From Dictyostelium discoideum (taxonomy: Eukaryota), in NCBI GenBank assembly GCA_000004695.1, contig CM000151.3:864001-928000 (forward strand): a stretch of 64,000 bases of DNA, given 5' to 3'. The notes under the pieces are model-generated. The model was not told the origin of the DNA. It saw nothing but the letters and a program-made list of their open reading frames with translations, and did not search any database. Shown in pieces: positions 14,271 to 27,412 of the stretch; positions within the stretch are counted from its first letter, which is position 1, and every line of letters begins with the position of its first letter. Made by a program: the position numbers and the translations under genes.

Positions 14271-16675
14271 TTTATAATTAAGATTTTTGTTAAAAAAAAA
14301 AAGTAGTAGTATTACAAAGATATAAAGAATTTTTGTAGATATGAGAACAATTTGTTTGGAAAATGTTTAAAAAAAAAAAAACATTTGTTTAAAATGTTTA
14401 ATTTTAAAAATTTATTTATTTAAGTTAATTTATTTTATTTTTTATTATTTTTTTTTTTATTACAAATGATTTCTGAAATTTTAATGGTTTCGCAAACATT
14501 AAATCAACAGCATAATAATAATAAAAATCAAATCTTAATCTCTTTCAGGCGATCATCAAAAATTTTATTTTTACATTTTTTAATTTTTTTTTTTATTTTT
14601 TTTTAAAAAAAAAAGATTAATGAGAGTGGAACAATAAAAGGGACTGGATGGTGTGGGTTTTGTAAAAATCCAGTTAATGACGAAAACTGTGTTGGATATT
14701 AAAAAAAAAAAATTAAAAAAAAAAAAAAATAAAAAATAATCAAAAAATAAAAATTATTATGGTTTTGTTATTGTTATTTTCATTACTAATAATTCAACCA
14801 CCCAGAGAGATTTTGTTTTATTTTTAAATTTTTTTTTGTTTTGTTATTTTTATTTTTATTTTTATTTTTATTTTTTTATTTTTTTTTTGTGTCTGGTGAT
14901 TTTAAATTATTTCATTATTAATCTTTTTTTTTTTTTTTTTTCAATGCAAATTTTTTTTTTTAAAAATAGTCGCAATTTTTTCACAAAATTTTATTTTATA
15001 ATAATAATAAAGCAAAGATCCAATTTTTTTATTTTTTTTCTTTTCATTTTTTTATTTTAATTTTTTATTTTATCTTTTTAAATTTAAAATAAATTCAAAA
15101 TTTAATTTTAAATTGAATGGAGAAAATTTATTAGATATTAATACCTTTTAATATATTGCTACTTTTATTTTCTTTTTATTTTATCCTTTGTTTGTAAGTA
15201 ATTTCTTCTTTTTTTTTATTTTATTTTTTATTTTTTTTTTTCCACAGTCCAAATCCAATTATTTTTTTTTTATTTTTTTTTTTTCAAATAAAAAATTTGT
15301 TTTTACAAAAGTTGGAAATCCAAAGATATTTTAAAATGAAAAGTTATCAACTTTTTTTTAAAATTTTATTTTTGCAAGTTTATCAACGAGACTACCAACA
15401 TTCGAAATGGTGGTATCCATGCAATTACTCTTTTTTTTTTTTAATTATTATTTTATTTTATTTTATTCTATTCTATTTTATTTTATTTTATTTACTTGTT
15501 TATGCTGCGAAAGTAAGAAAAATATTTTTTTATTTCGTTGTTGATATTTGACCTATTTTTTTTTTTTTTTTTTTTTTTTTTATTTTTTTTAAATGTAAAA
15601 TTCGATGAGTTTTCATTCCAATGTCATATTTTTAAATTTTATAAAATTATACAAATTGATTGAAAAAATTTTCGTTGGTGAAAAATAATTTTTTACTAAT
15701 TTCTTTTTGGAAATTAAATAATTTTAATTTTAATTTTAATTTTAAATTTAACTTTAACTTTAATGGTTATATGTGTATATATGTAACATTTATAACATTA
15801 ATAAATATAACTTTTTTTTTATATTTTTTTTATTTTTACTTATTCTCTTTTTTTCTGTTTTTTTTTTTTTTCTTTGGTCATAAAGTATAACCTTTATAAT
15901 CTAAATGAAAAAGTTAGAGTGAAATCAGCGGGTTATTTAACTTTTTTTATTTTTTTTTTTTTTTTTTATTTTTTTTCTTTTTTTTTTTTTTAATTGAGAA
16001 TTTTTTTTTTTTTTTTTTTTTTTATTTTTCATAAAAATTTTATAATAAAACCTCTCGTCCTTTATTTTTACTTTTTCATTCATTTTATTGTAACCAATCA
16101 AAAAAAAAAAAAAAAAAAAAAAGTAAAAAAATACAAATAAAAAAATAAAAACAACTTCTATTAAAGAGATAAATCTATTTATTCATTTCAATTAGATAAC
16201 TCAAATAGAACTTTTTATTTTTTTTATTTTCACTGTACATTATTTAGAAACTCAAATAAGCAATCAAAAAAAAAACAAATCAAATCAAATCAAATCAAAA
16301 TAAAATTTTTTTTTAAAAAAAAAAAAAAAATCAGTGTATTAATAAATTGAAAATAGATATATAAAGGTAATAATATAATAATTGTTAAAAGAAAGTTTTT
16401 TTTTTAAAAAAAATTTTTGCACAAAAAAATATTTGCACAAAAAAAAAAAAAAAAAACCACCAGATCGAAAATTTTTAGATAAGCACATTCAAATAATAGT
16501 AATTTTTAAATAAGTAACAACAGTAATAAGAATAAATAATATTTAGGAAAAAAAAAAAAAAAAAAAAAAATTTGTTTTTGGATTTGTATTTTTGCCAATG
16601 GGCAAAAATTTATTTAAAAAAGATATCTTTTTTTAAATTTTTTTATTTTTTTTTTTATTCCCTCAAAAAAAAAAA

Positions 16676-16708
<33 letters not shown>

Positions 16709-17722
16709 AAAGAAAAAACAAAAAAACCATCAAAATAATTCACTTTTAAATAATTTTGTTAATGACTATGATTTAGAATAATACATTGGATAAATCTTGC
16801 CATATCAATTCTATTTTTTAAAAAAAAAAAAAAAAAAAAAACACCACCCCACATCACACCACACAAATATCTATATTCGAATAAATTCTATAATTGGATT
16901 TTTTTTTTTTTTTTTTTTTTTTTAAGTTAAAGATTAAAAATACGAAAAGGGTACATTCTGCCTATCTATTTATCTATTGTTATTTCTTTTTTTTTTTCCT
17001 TATTGTCATTTTACACTTACATTCTTTTTAATTTGTATAAAAAAAAAAAAATAACCACACAACTCTATAATCATCATCATCATCATAATCATCATCATCA
17101 TCACTATCACTATCACTAGTACACCTTTTTTATTATAATAAATAATAGCATATATATATATAAAAATATATAAATATTTAAATATAAAAATAAAATAAAA
17201 TAAAAATATATATATTTTGTTATGATATTGAAACTAAAAATATATAATAAAATATAAATTTAATAAAATATACCACCTTCACCCTCTTCAACACCATCAA
17301 TTTTTGGTTGAGTTCTATTGCTATTTTAATTGAGAAAAAAAAAAAAAAATAAAAAAAAAAAAAAATAAATAAAAATAATAAAATAAAAATAAAAATAAAA
17401 ATATTAAAAAAAAACACACACAACACCAACAAAAAAAAAAAAAAAAACAACAACATCAACATCATTTGTTAAATAATTAATATATTAAGTTATTTATTTA
17501 TTTATTTATTTATTTATTATATAATTTAACCTTTAAAAAAAAAAAAAAAAAAAAAAAATTACACACTTTACCACCATTCATTCACAACCCACACCATTAC
17601 CACCATTTTAACAACATTACATTACTTTCAAACAATTACATATAGCCACCCAAAATTATTTTTTTTTTTTCCACGCTCACCCCTTTGTTTTTGTTTTTGT
17701 TTTTGTTTTTGTTTTTTTTTTT

Positions 17723-17766
<44 letters not shown>

Positions 17767-18439
17767 TTTTTTTTTTTTTTTTTATTTTTATTTTTTTAAA
17801 TTACTTTTGATATCAAAAGTGTCAACACTCACAAAATATATCCTCCCAAATATATATAATTTTTATATATATCTCCCTTTTTTTTTTTTTTTTTCCTCTT
17901 ATTAAAAACCTAAAAATTTTCCACAATCTCACAATTTCTCCACACAACAAATTATTATTATTATTGTTTTTATAAATCACATATTTTTATTTTTTATTTT
18001 TTTTTGTGTTGTGGGTTTTTTTTTTCAAATATAATCATATTATTATTTTTATTTTTATTTTTATTTTTATCATCATTATTTTTTTATTATTATTTAATTT
18101 TTTTTATTTTTTTTATTATTTTTTTTTAATTTTGGTTTTTCTTTTGGTTTTTTTTTTATTTTTTTTTTTTTTTCTTATATTAAAAAAAATAAAAAAAAAA
18201 ACAACAAGACATCATCATCATCCATTTCAAAATAATCACAAACTTTATCACAAATTTTACTAACCATTAAAAATTAAATTTATTCAAATAATTATTTTTT
18301 AAAAAAAATTTAAAAAAAAAAAAAAAAATAATAAATTCTATTATTTTATAATAAATAATAAATTAAAATAAAAAAAATAAATTAAAAATAATCAAAAAAA
18401 AAAAAACAAAAAAAAAAACAAAAAAATCAAAATACAATC
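14271..18439. other. A 4.2-kb gene-free AT desert (>85% A+T) made of homopolymer runs and microsatellites ((ATC)n at about 17060-17120, (TTTATT)n). It is probably an extended 5' regulatory region of the RapGAP gene.
   Basis: Every ORF in the interval translates to F/I/L/K/N low-complexity junk. Scattered C-rich islands (e.g. 16845-16870, 17560-17700 CCACC/CACAC motifs, 14615-14700) are the only non-AT sequence. Confidence 0.5.
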
Positions 18440-20344
18440 ATGTCAATTTATCATGGTATTATAGGATCATCAGATCACATTCAAAATATTTTCCCACCAC
18501 CATCACCTAGAAAAAATATTTCATTATCAACAAATAATATATCAAGTTTAACAACACCTAAAAATTTTACAGCTATAGTAGTGACAAAACCATTGTCTCA
18601 ATCAACAACATCAACTCAGGAAATGATGAATACATCAGATGTAAGTAATAATTTATTTTTATTTTTATTTTTATAAAAAATTATTAATTAAATTTTTTTT
18701 TTTTTTTTTTTTTTTTAATTTTTGATAGATTTTATTTGACATTCAACAACCATTATCACCACAACATCATTCAAGACAAATACAACAACAACAACATGAA
18801 AAAATTACACCAGAAGAAGAAGAAAGAAGATCAGATGAATTACAAAAGATATTATTAGATACTATACCAATATTAATTAAAGGTGTTGAAACATTAGGAA
18901 TTGAAGTTGAACAAATTTGTAATGGTGATAGTGCAAATGAAAAGAGATCAAATTGTCAAGTATTGGTTGATATTCAAAAAACATTGAGAGAGTATCCACG
19001 TGGTATGGGATATCGTTCAAAGACCATTCCATCCAATATAGTGGGTAAACCAAAACTGATTGCATTTCGTCATAGTATGGACCAATTAGTTTGGGAGAAC
19101 ATTTCAAAATTATCAATTCTAAAGGATTTCGTAGAGTTTACATTAGACTTTCAAAAACTTTGTGTCATTGGTATTAGTATTCGTGATGCTATCAATTCAT
19201 TTGTAAATAATAAATGTGAATACTTGATTAAAGGTTTTGAATTTAACAATACAAATTCAATTTTATCTGGTATAAATATTCATCATCATCTTAATCACCA
19301 ACCTGGTGCATCAACACCAAGACCATCGCATTCATCCTCATCATCGTTATCACATTCATTATCATCATCACCAATGTCACAATCATTACCATCATCATTA
19401 ACATCTGGTGGTGTATCATTATTAAATACAAGTGATGATGCTATCGTACCATCACTATCATCAGGTAATGATGATAGTAGTGGTAGTAGTTTGTCATCAT
19501 CAGATGCAAATGTAATTTCAATTAATATTAGTACAGTAATTCAAAATGGTGTTAGAGATGAAATTAATAATACATCAATCTCTGCTTTAAAGAAATCACA
19601 AAAACAACAACCTGTAGTATTATCTCGTGCTCCAAAACAAGTTATGGAAAGTACTAGAATATTGGTTGATACCGTTGTCAATAGAAAATGTATGTATAGA
19701 GAAGAGAAAGCATCAATCTATAGAGAGATGATGAATGATCGTTTAACACTTTTAAAAGAAGATCCAAAGAAATTTAAACAACAACTTTTACAACAACGTC
19801 GTCAAAAATTAACAAATTCTGATCAACCTCATGAAACTGATTATAATGAGGATTTTAATTTAAACAATAATAGTACTAATAATAATAATAATATAAAAAA
19901 AGAATCAAATGGTTCATCTGTAAATAGTCAAACAACAACAACCACAACTACAACAAATAATAATAATAATAATATTTCACCACAACATTCTGGAACAAGT
20001 GGTTCACCAAGCGATAAAGAAAATTCACCAATATTTAGTCCAGGATATTTATCAACATCACCACCAAAATCACCACCAAAATCACCAGAATTTCTTGGTG
20101 TACCAATTGGTAAGAAAGCTCATTTATTAGGTCATGCACGTTCATTTAGTGCAGATACTCATGCAACTAAGGAGGCAGCAGCTAATCAACATCATCATTC
20201 TCATAATAATATTGGTTCAGTTTTATCACCTCCATTATCTTCTCAAAATGAAAGAATCTTAAGAAATTATAAACTTTTATCATCATCACCATCATCATCT
20301 AGCTCAGCAGTAGTTACCAATCCTGTATCATTAACAACCCAATT

Positions 20345-20378
<34 letters not shown>

Positions 20379-21368
20379 ACGACATCACAACCAACTCAAC
20401 CACCACCATCAGAATATCAATTATTAGATTTAGAATGGGAGGAACCAATCGATAGTGATTTTATATTACCATGTAAAGGTTATAAAATCGATAGTGGTAA
20501 TAGTAAATGTCAACAAGTTAATTATGATGAGTTAATAGTGTTATATACGGATGAGGATGAGTATCATTATTGTGATGATTTTTGTAGTTTAGAACATTTC
20601 AATTTCCTTGGAGTTAATAAAAATCAACCAGATAATCCAATGTGTATATCGGTTGTAGTTCAACATGATACCAATGAACTATTGTATATCATTAGAACCG
20701 GTGAAAAGGATGAAAAGTATAGATTATCATTACCCTATGGTAAGAAGGAAATCTCCTCAAAGGATATGTTAAAGATGATCAAGAAATCACGTTTCAATCA
20801 AATGTCAAACTTTAAATTAAAAGAGGTAAAGTCTGATCAAAATCAACAATTCATCAAACAATTGATTCAATTTGAAGCTAAAAATATTCATAAAACCTTT
20901 AAATTTGGTGTTTTATATTGTTCAGAGAATCAAGGTACCGATGAAAATGAACTCTATAGCAATAGTAGCACCAGTGATGAGTTTCAAGAGTTTTTAAGGA
21001 TTTTGGGTGATCGTGTACAATTACAAGGTTGGACAAAGTATAGAGGTGGCTTAGATATTAAAGATAATACAACTGGAACTCATAGTATCTATAAGAAATG
21101 GAGAGATTTCGAAATTATGTATCATGTTGCCCCTATGATTCCTTGTCGTGCCGCAGATGAACAATCGGTTGAAAGAAAAAGACATTTAGGTAATGATATC
21201 GTTTTAATCATCTATAAAGAAGGTAATACAAAATTATTCGATCCTTCAATCATTAAATCAAACTTTAATCATATCTTTGCTGTCGTTCAAAAAGTTGATC
21301 CAATTCCAAATGTTGATGGAGCTGCTGTTATAAATTTAGGAAATAGTTTCAATAATAATAATAGCAGC

Positions 21369-21413
<45 letters not shown>

Positions 21414-21695
21414 TCTGATTCAAACCTTCCAACTACAAATAATCTTCCAATAATTACAAATGTAAATTATAAAATTTCAATCGGTTGTAAAGAAGAAGTT
21501 CAAAATTTTGGTCCTGCTTTCCCAAAGAATCATATTTTCTCAACTTCAACTGGTGAAAATCTCACTGATTTCCTTTTAACTAGATTGATCAATGGTGAAA
21601 GAGCAACTCTAAAATCACCTGTATTTGCTCAAAAATTAAAAAGAACAAGAAAAGAATTTTTACATTCATTCATTACTGATTTTGGTAGTGAATAA
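18440..21695 (+). CDS. RapGAP-domain protein (Rap GTPase-activating protein); 2 exons.
   Basis: Exon 1 is 18440..18640 (67 aa, ends ...NTSD, GTAAGT donor at 18641). Exon 2 is 18729..21695 (acceptor ...TTTTTGATAG, same phase; the track's M at 18963 is a TTG). The C-terminal region KFGVLYCSENQGTDENELYSN...FQEFLRILGDRVQLQGWTKYRGGLDIKDNTTGTHSIYKKWRDFEIMYHVAPMIPCRAADEQSVERKRHLGNDIVLIIYKEG...FDPSIIKSNFNHIFAVVQKV is a Rap-GAP domain, including the catalytic Asn in RKRHLGND. Confidence 0.85.
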
Positions 21696-22547
21696 ATTAT
21701 TTATTAAAACTTTTTTTTTGGTTTTTTTTTTTTTTTTTTCAATCAACCAATCAAAAAAAAAAAAAAACAAATCCAAACAAAAAAAAAAAAAAAAAACCAA
21801 ATCTAAAAAAAAAAAAAAGGTTTAGAAAAAACATTAAAAAAAAATAAGTAGCGTAATTTGTAACAATATTTAGTAAAAATAAAATAAACAAAAATAAAAT
21901 AAGATAATAAATGTATCAAAAAAAAAAATAAAAAATAAAAAAAAAATAAAATATGAATATATAAACATTACTACATATCCATTAAAAATCTCAAAAAATC
22001 CAATTTTAACAATTAGTCACCAGGTATTTAAGTTAGCTCATTGAAATTATTAGAAACAATTAAACTAACTTTAATGATCAAGAATAATTCTAATCCATTT
22101 ATTCAATAAATCAACTCAATTTAGTAAACAGAAGAAAGTTTTTTATTGGTCTAAAAAAAGAAAAAAAAAATATGTAAAGGAAAAAAAATGATATTTTTTA
22201 TATTAAAAATAAACATAATTTTTTTGGAATATATTGAAAATATTTAGTTTTTATTTTATTCACTATCAAAAGTGGTGAATTGTCTTTTTTTATTTTTATT
22301 ATTTTTTAAAAAAAATGAGGTTATTTATTTTCAAATATTTAAAAAAATAAAATTAATTTTATTAACCTTTTTTTTTCTCTCTATTTTTTTTTTTTTTTTG
22401 CAAACTGATGATATTATTTCACAGTACTTACAATTGATATTTACAACTCATTATTCATTTAGCTAGATAGAATTTGTCTGGTTTCTATGATTTCTCCATC
22501 CAGGTCATTATTGATACCATCAATTATAAATTGGTAAAATTAGACTA

Positions 22548-22730
22548 CATCATTGGTACCAAATGCCATTATTTCTTTTTTTTCAATCTGCTTTACTCTC
22601 AATTTTAACCAACAACAATTATATTTTCAATGGCTAAAAACATTAAACGATGTTATAATTGTTGTTGGTTTAAAAATTGATAGTAAAGCAGATTGCAACA
22701 AAGAAATAATGGCATTTGGTACCAATGATG
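22548..22730. repeat. Near-perfect inverted repeat (hairpin): arms of ~76 bp at 22548..22623 and 22654..22730, ~90% complementary, with a 30-nt loop at 22624..22653. Each arm begins with a GGTACC site.
   Basis: The reverse complement of the right arm (ggtaccaaatgccattatttctttgttgcaatctgctttactatcaatttttaaaccaacaacaattata) aligns with the left arm (ggtaccaaatgccattatttcttttttttcaatctgctttactctcaattttaaccaacaacaattata). The flanking catcattggtacc / ggtaccaatgatg also pair. Confidence 0.8.
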
Positions 22731-23241
22731 AACAAAATTTTGATCGACAGCATTTATTGTCTCTTTGAATTTATTACTTTCAGATGGTTCATCGATTTTT
22801 GTGCTACTAAGATATCCATCAACTCTATATAAATATCTGTTTGTAATTCCATTGGTTTGAGTTGTTGTGGTTTTGGTTGTTTCTCAATTTTCGTCTCTGA
22901 TAATTTATAAAGAGTTACCTTATTTTGATTTAAATCAAAAAAGCAATTAATAAAACTTTGAATTTTCAAATCCCAAAATAACAATAAAATAAATAGATTA
23001 AATAGATTAAATAAAAAAAAAAAAAAAATAAAAAAAAATAACAAAACCTTTGTTTAATAATCTTTGTTTAATTTATTTATTTTTAGTTTTAGTTTTATTT
23101 TTATTTTTAGTTGTGTTTTTTTTTTTTTTTAAATTTTAAAAAAATTCTAAAAATGTCCAAGATCTAGATAGAACAAAATCTTGTTTTTAAGTTCCAAGAA
23201 ATAAAATAAAAATTTTGAGTTATAAAAATCTATAGATTTTA

Positions 23242-23549
23242 TTAATAATCGCCATCATAACTTCTAAAGTCCTCAACTTTATATTTCTTTTGGTAATGTT
23301 GATAATTGCTATCTCTGTTATTGGTTTTATCATTTGGATTAGATTCTTTCAAAAATATGACACTATCATCATTTTCATTATCTCTTTCTCTTCTTCTTGT
23401 TGCAATTTTATTACTATTATTTTTATTACTATTAATGACACTATCATTATTTTCGTTATCCCTCTCTCTTCTTCTCGTTATAATTTTGTTACTATTATTA
23501 ACCGCACCATCATTATTTTCGTTATCCCTTTCTCTTTTTCTTGTTATAA

Positions 23550-23620
<71 letters not shown>

Positions 23621-23863
23621 TTTTTATTTTTATTATTATTATTATTTTTAACTTTATCCAAATCGACCATTGAGTCTATATCATTATCTTTTTCTCTATC
23701 TCTTTCTCTTGTTTTGTGATTTTTATCTTTTTTATCCTTTTCTTTTTCCTTCTCTTGATTACCTTTTTTATTCTTTTTTTTTTTCTTTTTATCGTTTTTT
23801 TCTTCAGATGATTCTTTGTTACTGTTATTGCTATTGTTTTTGTTGTTATTACTACTATTATTA

Positions 23864-23894
<31 letters not shown>

Positions 23895-24855
23895 GAGATG
23901 TTTTTTGTTTTTTTGATTTTCTTGAATAACTATCTTTTACTCTATAATCATTTTGATCATCATCATTGTAATCATCTGAACCATCTTGGTATTTACCAAA
24001 GTCCTTATTATTTTTATGATTATAATTGCTGTAATCATTATATGAATTATTATTATTGTAGTTATTATTATTATTATTATATCTATTATTTTTATTATAT
24101 TTTCCATCGAATCTATTATTTATATTTGTACTATTGTATCTATTACTATTATAATTGAATCTTTCATTTCTATCATATCTATGATAATCTTGATTATATT
24201 GACCATTATTATTACTATGGTCAATATCTTTTGGAAAACCATCTTTATCATATCTATCGTATCTATCATATCTATCATATCTATCATTTCTATCATATCT
24301 ATCATTTCTATCATATCTATTATTATTATTATAATTATCTCTATAACCATCATTATCTCTATCTCTTTCTCTATCTCTATCTCTTCCTCTATCTCTACCT
24401 CTATTTGAACGATCAGAATTTTTAACCTCTTTCTCTTTAAATCTCATACGTTGATGCATTCTACTATGTTTTTCCCTTAGTGAATGATCATCATCATATT
24501 CTCCATCATATAAATTACCTAATTCATGCTCTGACGAATCAATTTCATTGAAATACTTTTGATATTTTGGTAAACATTGCTTTTTTTTTTTTTTTTTTTT
24601 AATTGTTAGTAATTTTAAGTTGAATTAATTTGAATATTTTAATTTTGGAGAGAAAAAAAAAAAAAGCATTAAAATACCTACTCTTGGATAGTGACCATGT
24701 AAACCACATCTAAAACAAACGTAAACTGAACATGAAGCTATTTGATGTCCAAACTCACCACATCTAAAGCAAGGTTTCTCTTCTATATCATGTGGACATT
24801 CAAAACTAAAATGATCATGATCACCACATCTTTCACATTTGATAGACTCTTCCAT
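23242..24855 (-). CDS. Protein with three CCHC zinc knuckles and a long Arg/Asp/Tyr/Asn-rich low-complexity C-terminus; 2 exons.
   Basis: Exon 1 is 24855..24682: MEESIKCERCGDHDHFSFECPHDIEEKPCFRCGEFGHQIASCSVYVCFRCGLHGHYPR (three C-x2-C-x4-H-x4-C knuckles), with donor AGA|GTAGGT. The ~100-nt intron contains an A18 run and the acceptor AAAG|CAATGT. Exon 2 is 24579..23242 in the same frame: QCLPKYQKYFNEIDSSEHELGNLYDGEYDDDHSLREKHSRMHQRMRFKEKE..., then RDRGRDRDRERDRD and (RYD)n repeats. Confidence 0.65.
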
Positions 24856-24937
24856 ATAATATCTCTATAATTTTATTGTTATTATGTTTATTTTCCAAAT
24901 ATTAATATTATAATTATAATTAAATTTGTATATATAT

Positions 24938-25757
24938 CTATAATTTCAAGTTATACTTTACACTTGTTGTAACTGATTGTCTTTTTCTCTTATTATTATT
25001 ATTATTATCATTTCCGTATTTTACATTTATTTTTAAAGAATCTTCCTCTTTTTCAGTTGATTTTATAACAGAACTTGTTGATTGTCTTACACTATTAATG
25101 ATTTCTTCTTTTATTGTCTCTTTTTCCTCAAATTCACCTAAAGCAGCACGTAACATAAATATATCATCATCTTCAATATTCTCTTTTTCATCATACCCAA
25201 TGAATGATTTTAAAATATCCTCTGGCGTTTCAATAGGTTTTGCTTGTTCTAGTTCTTTATTTTCTTCTGCATTCTTATCTTTTTTATCTTTTTTATCTTT
25301 TTTATCTTTTTTTTCTTTTTTATCTTTTTCTTTTTTATCTTTTTTTTCTTTTTTATCTTTTTCTTTTTCTTTTTCTTTTTTATCTTTTTTATCTTTTTTA
25401 TCTTTTTTATCTTTTTTATCTTTTTTATCTTTAATTGTGTTATCTCTATTATTATTATTATTATTATTATTATTAGAAGAAGAAGAAGAAGAAGAAGAAG
25501 AAGAAGATAATTTTAAATTTTCTTGTTTTTGTTCTTTTTTTAATTTATTATATTCTTTTTCAAATTCTTCACTTTGCTCTTCTAAATCTATATAAATTGG
25601 TGTAATAGCACTTTTTGAGCTTTTTTCCTCCTCCTCCCCATCATCTGATAATATTACAATTGGTATCGATGGATTTATTGGAGGTTCTTTCAATGTTAAC
25701 TTTTTTCTCTTCAACTGAGGAAATCCATTCGTTTGTGTATCAATGGCTGTGGATTCC

Positions 25758-25759
<2 letters not shown>
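24938..25759 (-). CDS. Hypothetical acidic/basic repeat protein with (KDKK)n repeats, polyS/polyN, and two SUMO-interaction-motif-like segments.
   Basis: Single 273-aa ORF with A-rich context before the ATG. The segments PIVILSDDGEEEE and ITPIYIDLEEQSEE are hydrophobic cores followed by acidic/Ser runs, which is a SIM-like pattern. The KDKK repeats are encoded by the (TTTATCTTT)n repeat at about 25262-25435. Confidence 0.6.
25262..25435. repeat. Tandem 9-bp repeat (TTATCTTTT)n-like; on the minus strand it encodes (KDKK)n.
   Basis: Direct reading. Confidence 0.7.
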
Positions 25760-25794
<35 letters not shown>

Positions 25795-26517
25795 TTTTAT
25801 AATATTTTATTAAGTATAAATTTATACATTTATTGATTTTTGATATAAGAGGAAAAAATGGTAATGATAATAATAAAGGAGAAAATAAAAATAAAAATAA
25901 AAATAAAAATAATATTAAAAAAAAAAATAAAAAAAAAATAAAATTAAAAAAATAAAAATAATTTTGATAAAAAAAACGAAAAAAAAACTTTGAAAATTTT
26001 TGAGAAAAAAAAAAAATAAAAATAAAAAATAAAGGGGGTGTCTGAACACAACTCTTTAAATTTAAAAAAAAAAATAATAAAATCTCTATATTTTATTTTT
26101 AATAATAATTTATTTTACTGCTGTGTTTATTTTTAATTTTAAAATATTTTGTTTTTATTTTTAATTATTATTTTTTTTTGTAAAAATGTATATTAAAAAA
26201 ATGATTAAGAAAAAAAAAAAAAATCAAAAAATCATAAAATAATGGTTTATTTAATAAATATATATATATATATTTAATTATATTAAATATCGTAAAATGA
26301 GATGAATGAACTTCTTTTTTTTTTATTTTATTTTTTTTTTTTATTTGTTTTTTTTTTTTTTAACGACAAAGAAAAAAAATGAAAATTTTCAATTTTTTTA
26401 TTTTTTTTTATTTTTTTTTTTTTTTATTTTTTTTTGTTTTTTTTTTTTTTTTTTTTTTTTTTTTTCATTTAAATCATATCATATTACTCCACAAATATAA
26501 TATTATAAATTTCGATA

Positions 26518-26966
26518 ATGCAAACCAGTGAATGTAAAGTTAAAGGTCCAATCCAAGAAGGTTGTGCCTCTGGATGTGAAAAAAGCTGGAGTGCCTACCA
26601 AGCATGTTCAGGTCGTGTTGCCAAATTAGAGCATGACGAAAAAGCAAACTGTTTAGGTCAATTTTTAGAACATGTTCAATGTATTGATAAATGTGTATGT
26701 ATTTTATATCCTTTTTTTTATTTTTTTTTGTTTTTTTTTTTTTTTAATTAAAAAAATTAAAAAACTTTATTTTTTCATTTTTTCTTTTAATTGTTTTGTT
26801 TTGCGTGTGTGTTTTTTTTATTTTTTATTTTTTTTTTTTTGTGTTTCGATTTGGTAAAAATGTTTTTATTTTATTTTTATTTTTATTTTATTTGGTTATT
26901 CAAATAATTAAATTCGTTTTGTAAAAACAAAAATAGAATTTCTTCATTTATGGTATTGTTACAGTT

Positions 26967-27013
<47 letters not shown>

Positions 27014-27041
27014 TTGCCACCATTGCCACCACTTAGTATCA

Positions 27042-27130
<89 letters not shown>

Positions 27131-27375
27131 TTTGATTATTATGAATAATGGTAGCAGCATTGTTTGTAGTATTATTACTACTAATTTTAAATTTAAATAA
27201 TGAAACTTTTAATAATATTATTGCAACAATTATTATAATATCAAAATAATGATCATAAGCAGAAAGATTATTGCTATCATCCATTTTATTTGTTTATTTA
27301 TTTTATATTTATATGATATTCAGATTTGTTATTTTTATTACTATAATAATTTAAATTTAAATTTTTAAATTATTT

Positions 27376-27412
<37 letters not shown>

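Noticed and set aside
22754-23044. A minus-strand ORF next to and overlapping the big hairpin (…MELQTDIYIELMDILVAQKSMNHLKVINSKRQ).
   Set aside because: It is short, has no domain signal, and needs speculative introns to extend. It is more likely chance ORFs in hairpin-flanking sequence. It is mentioned only as context for the inverted repeat.
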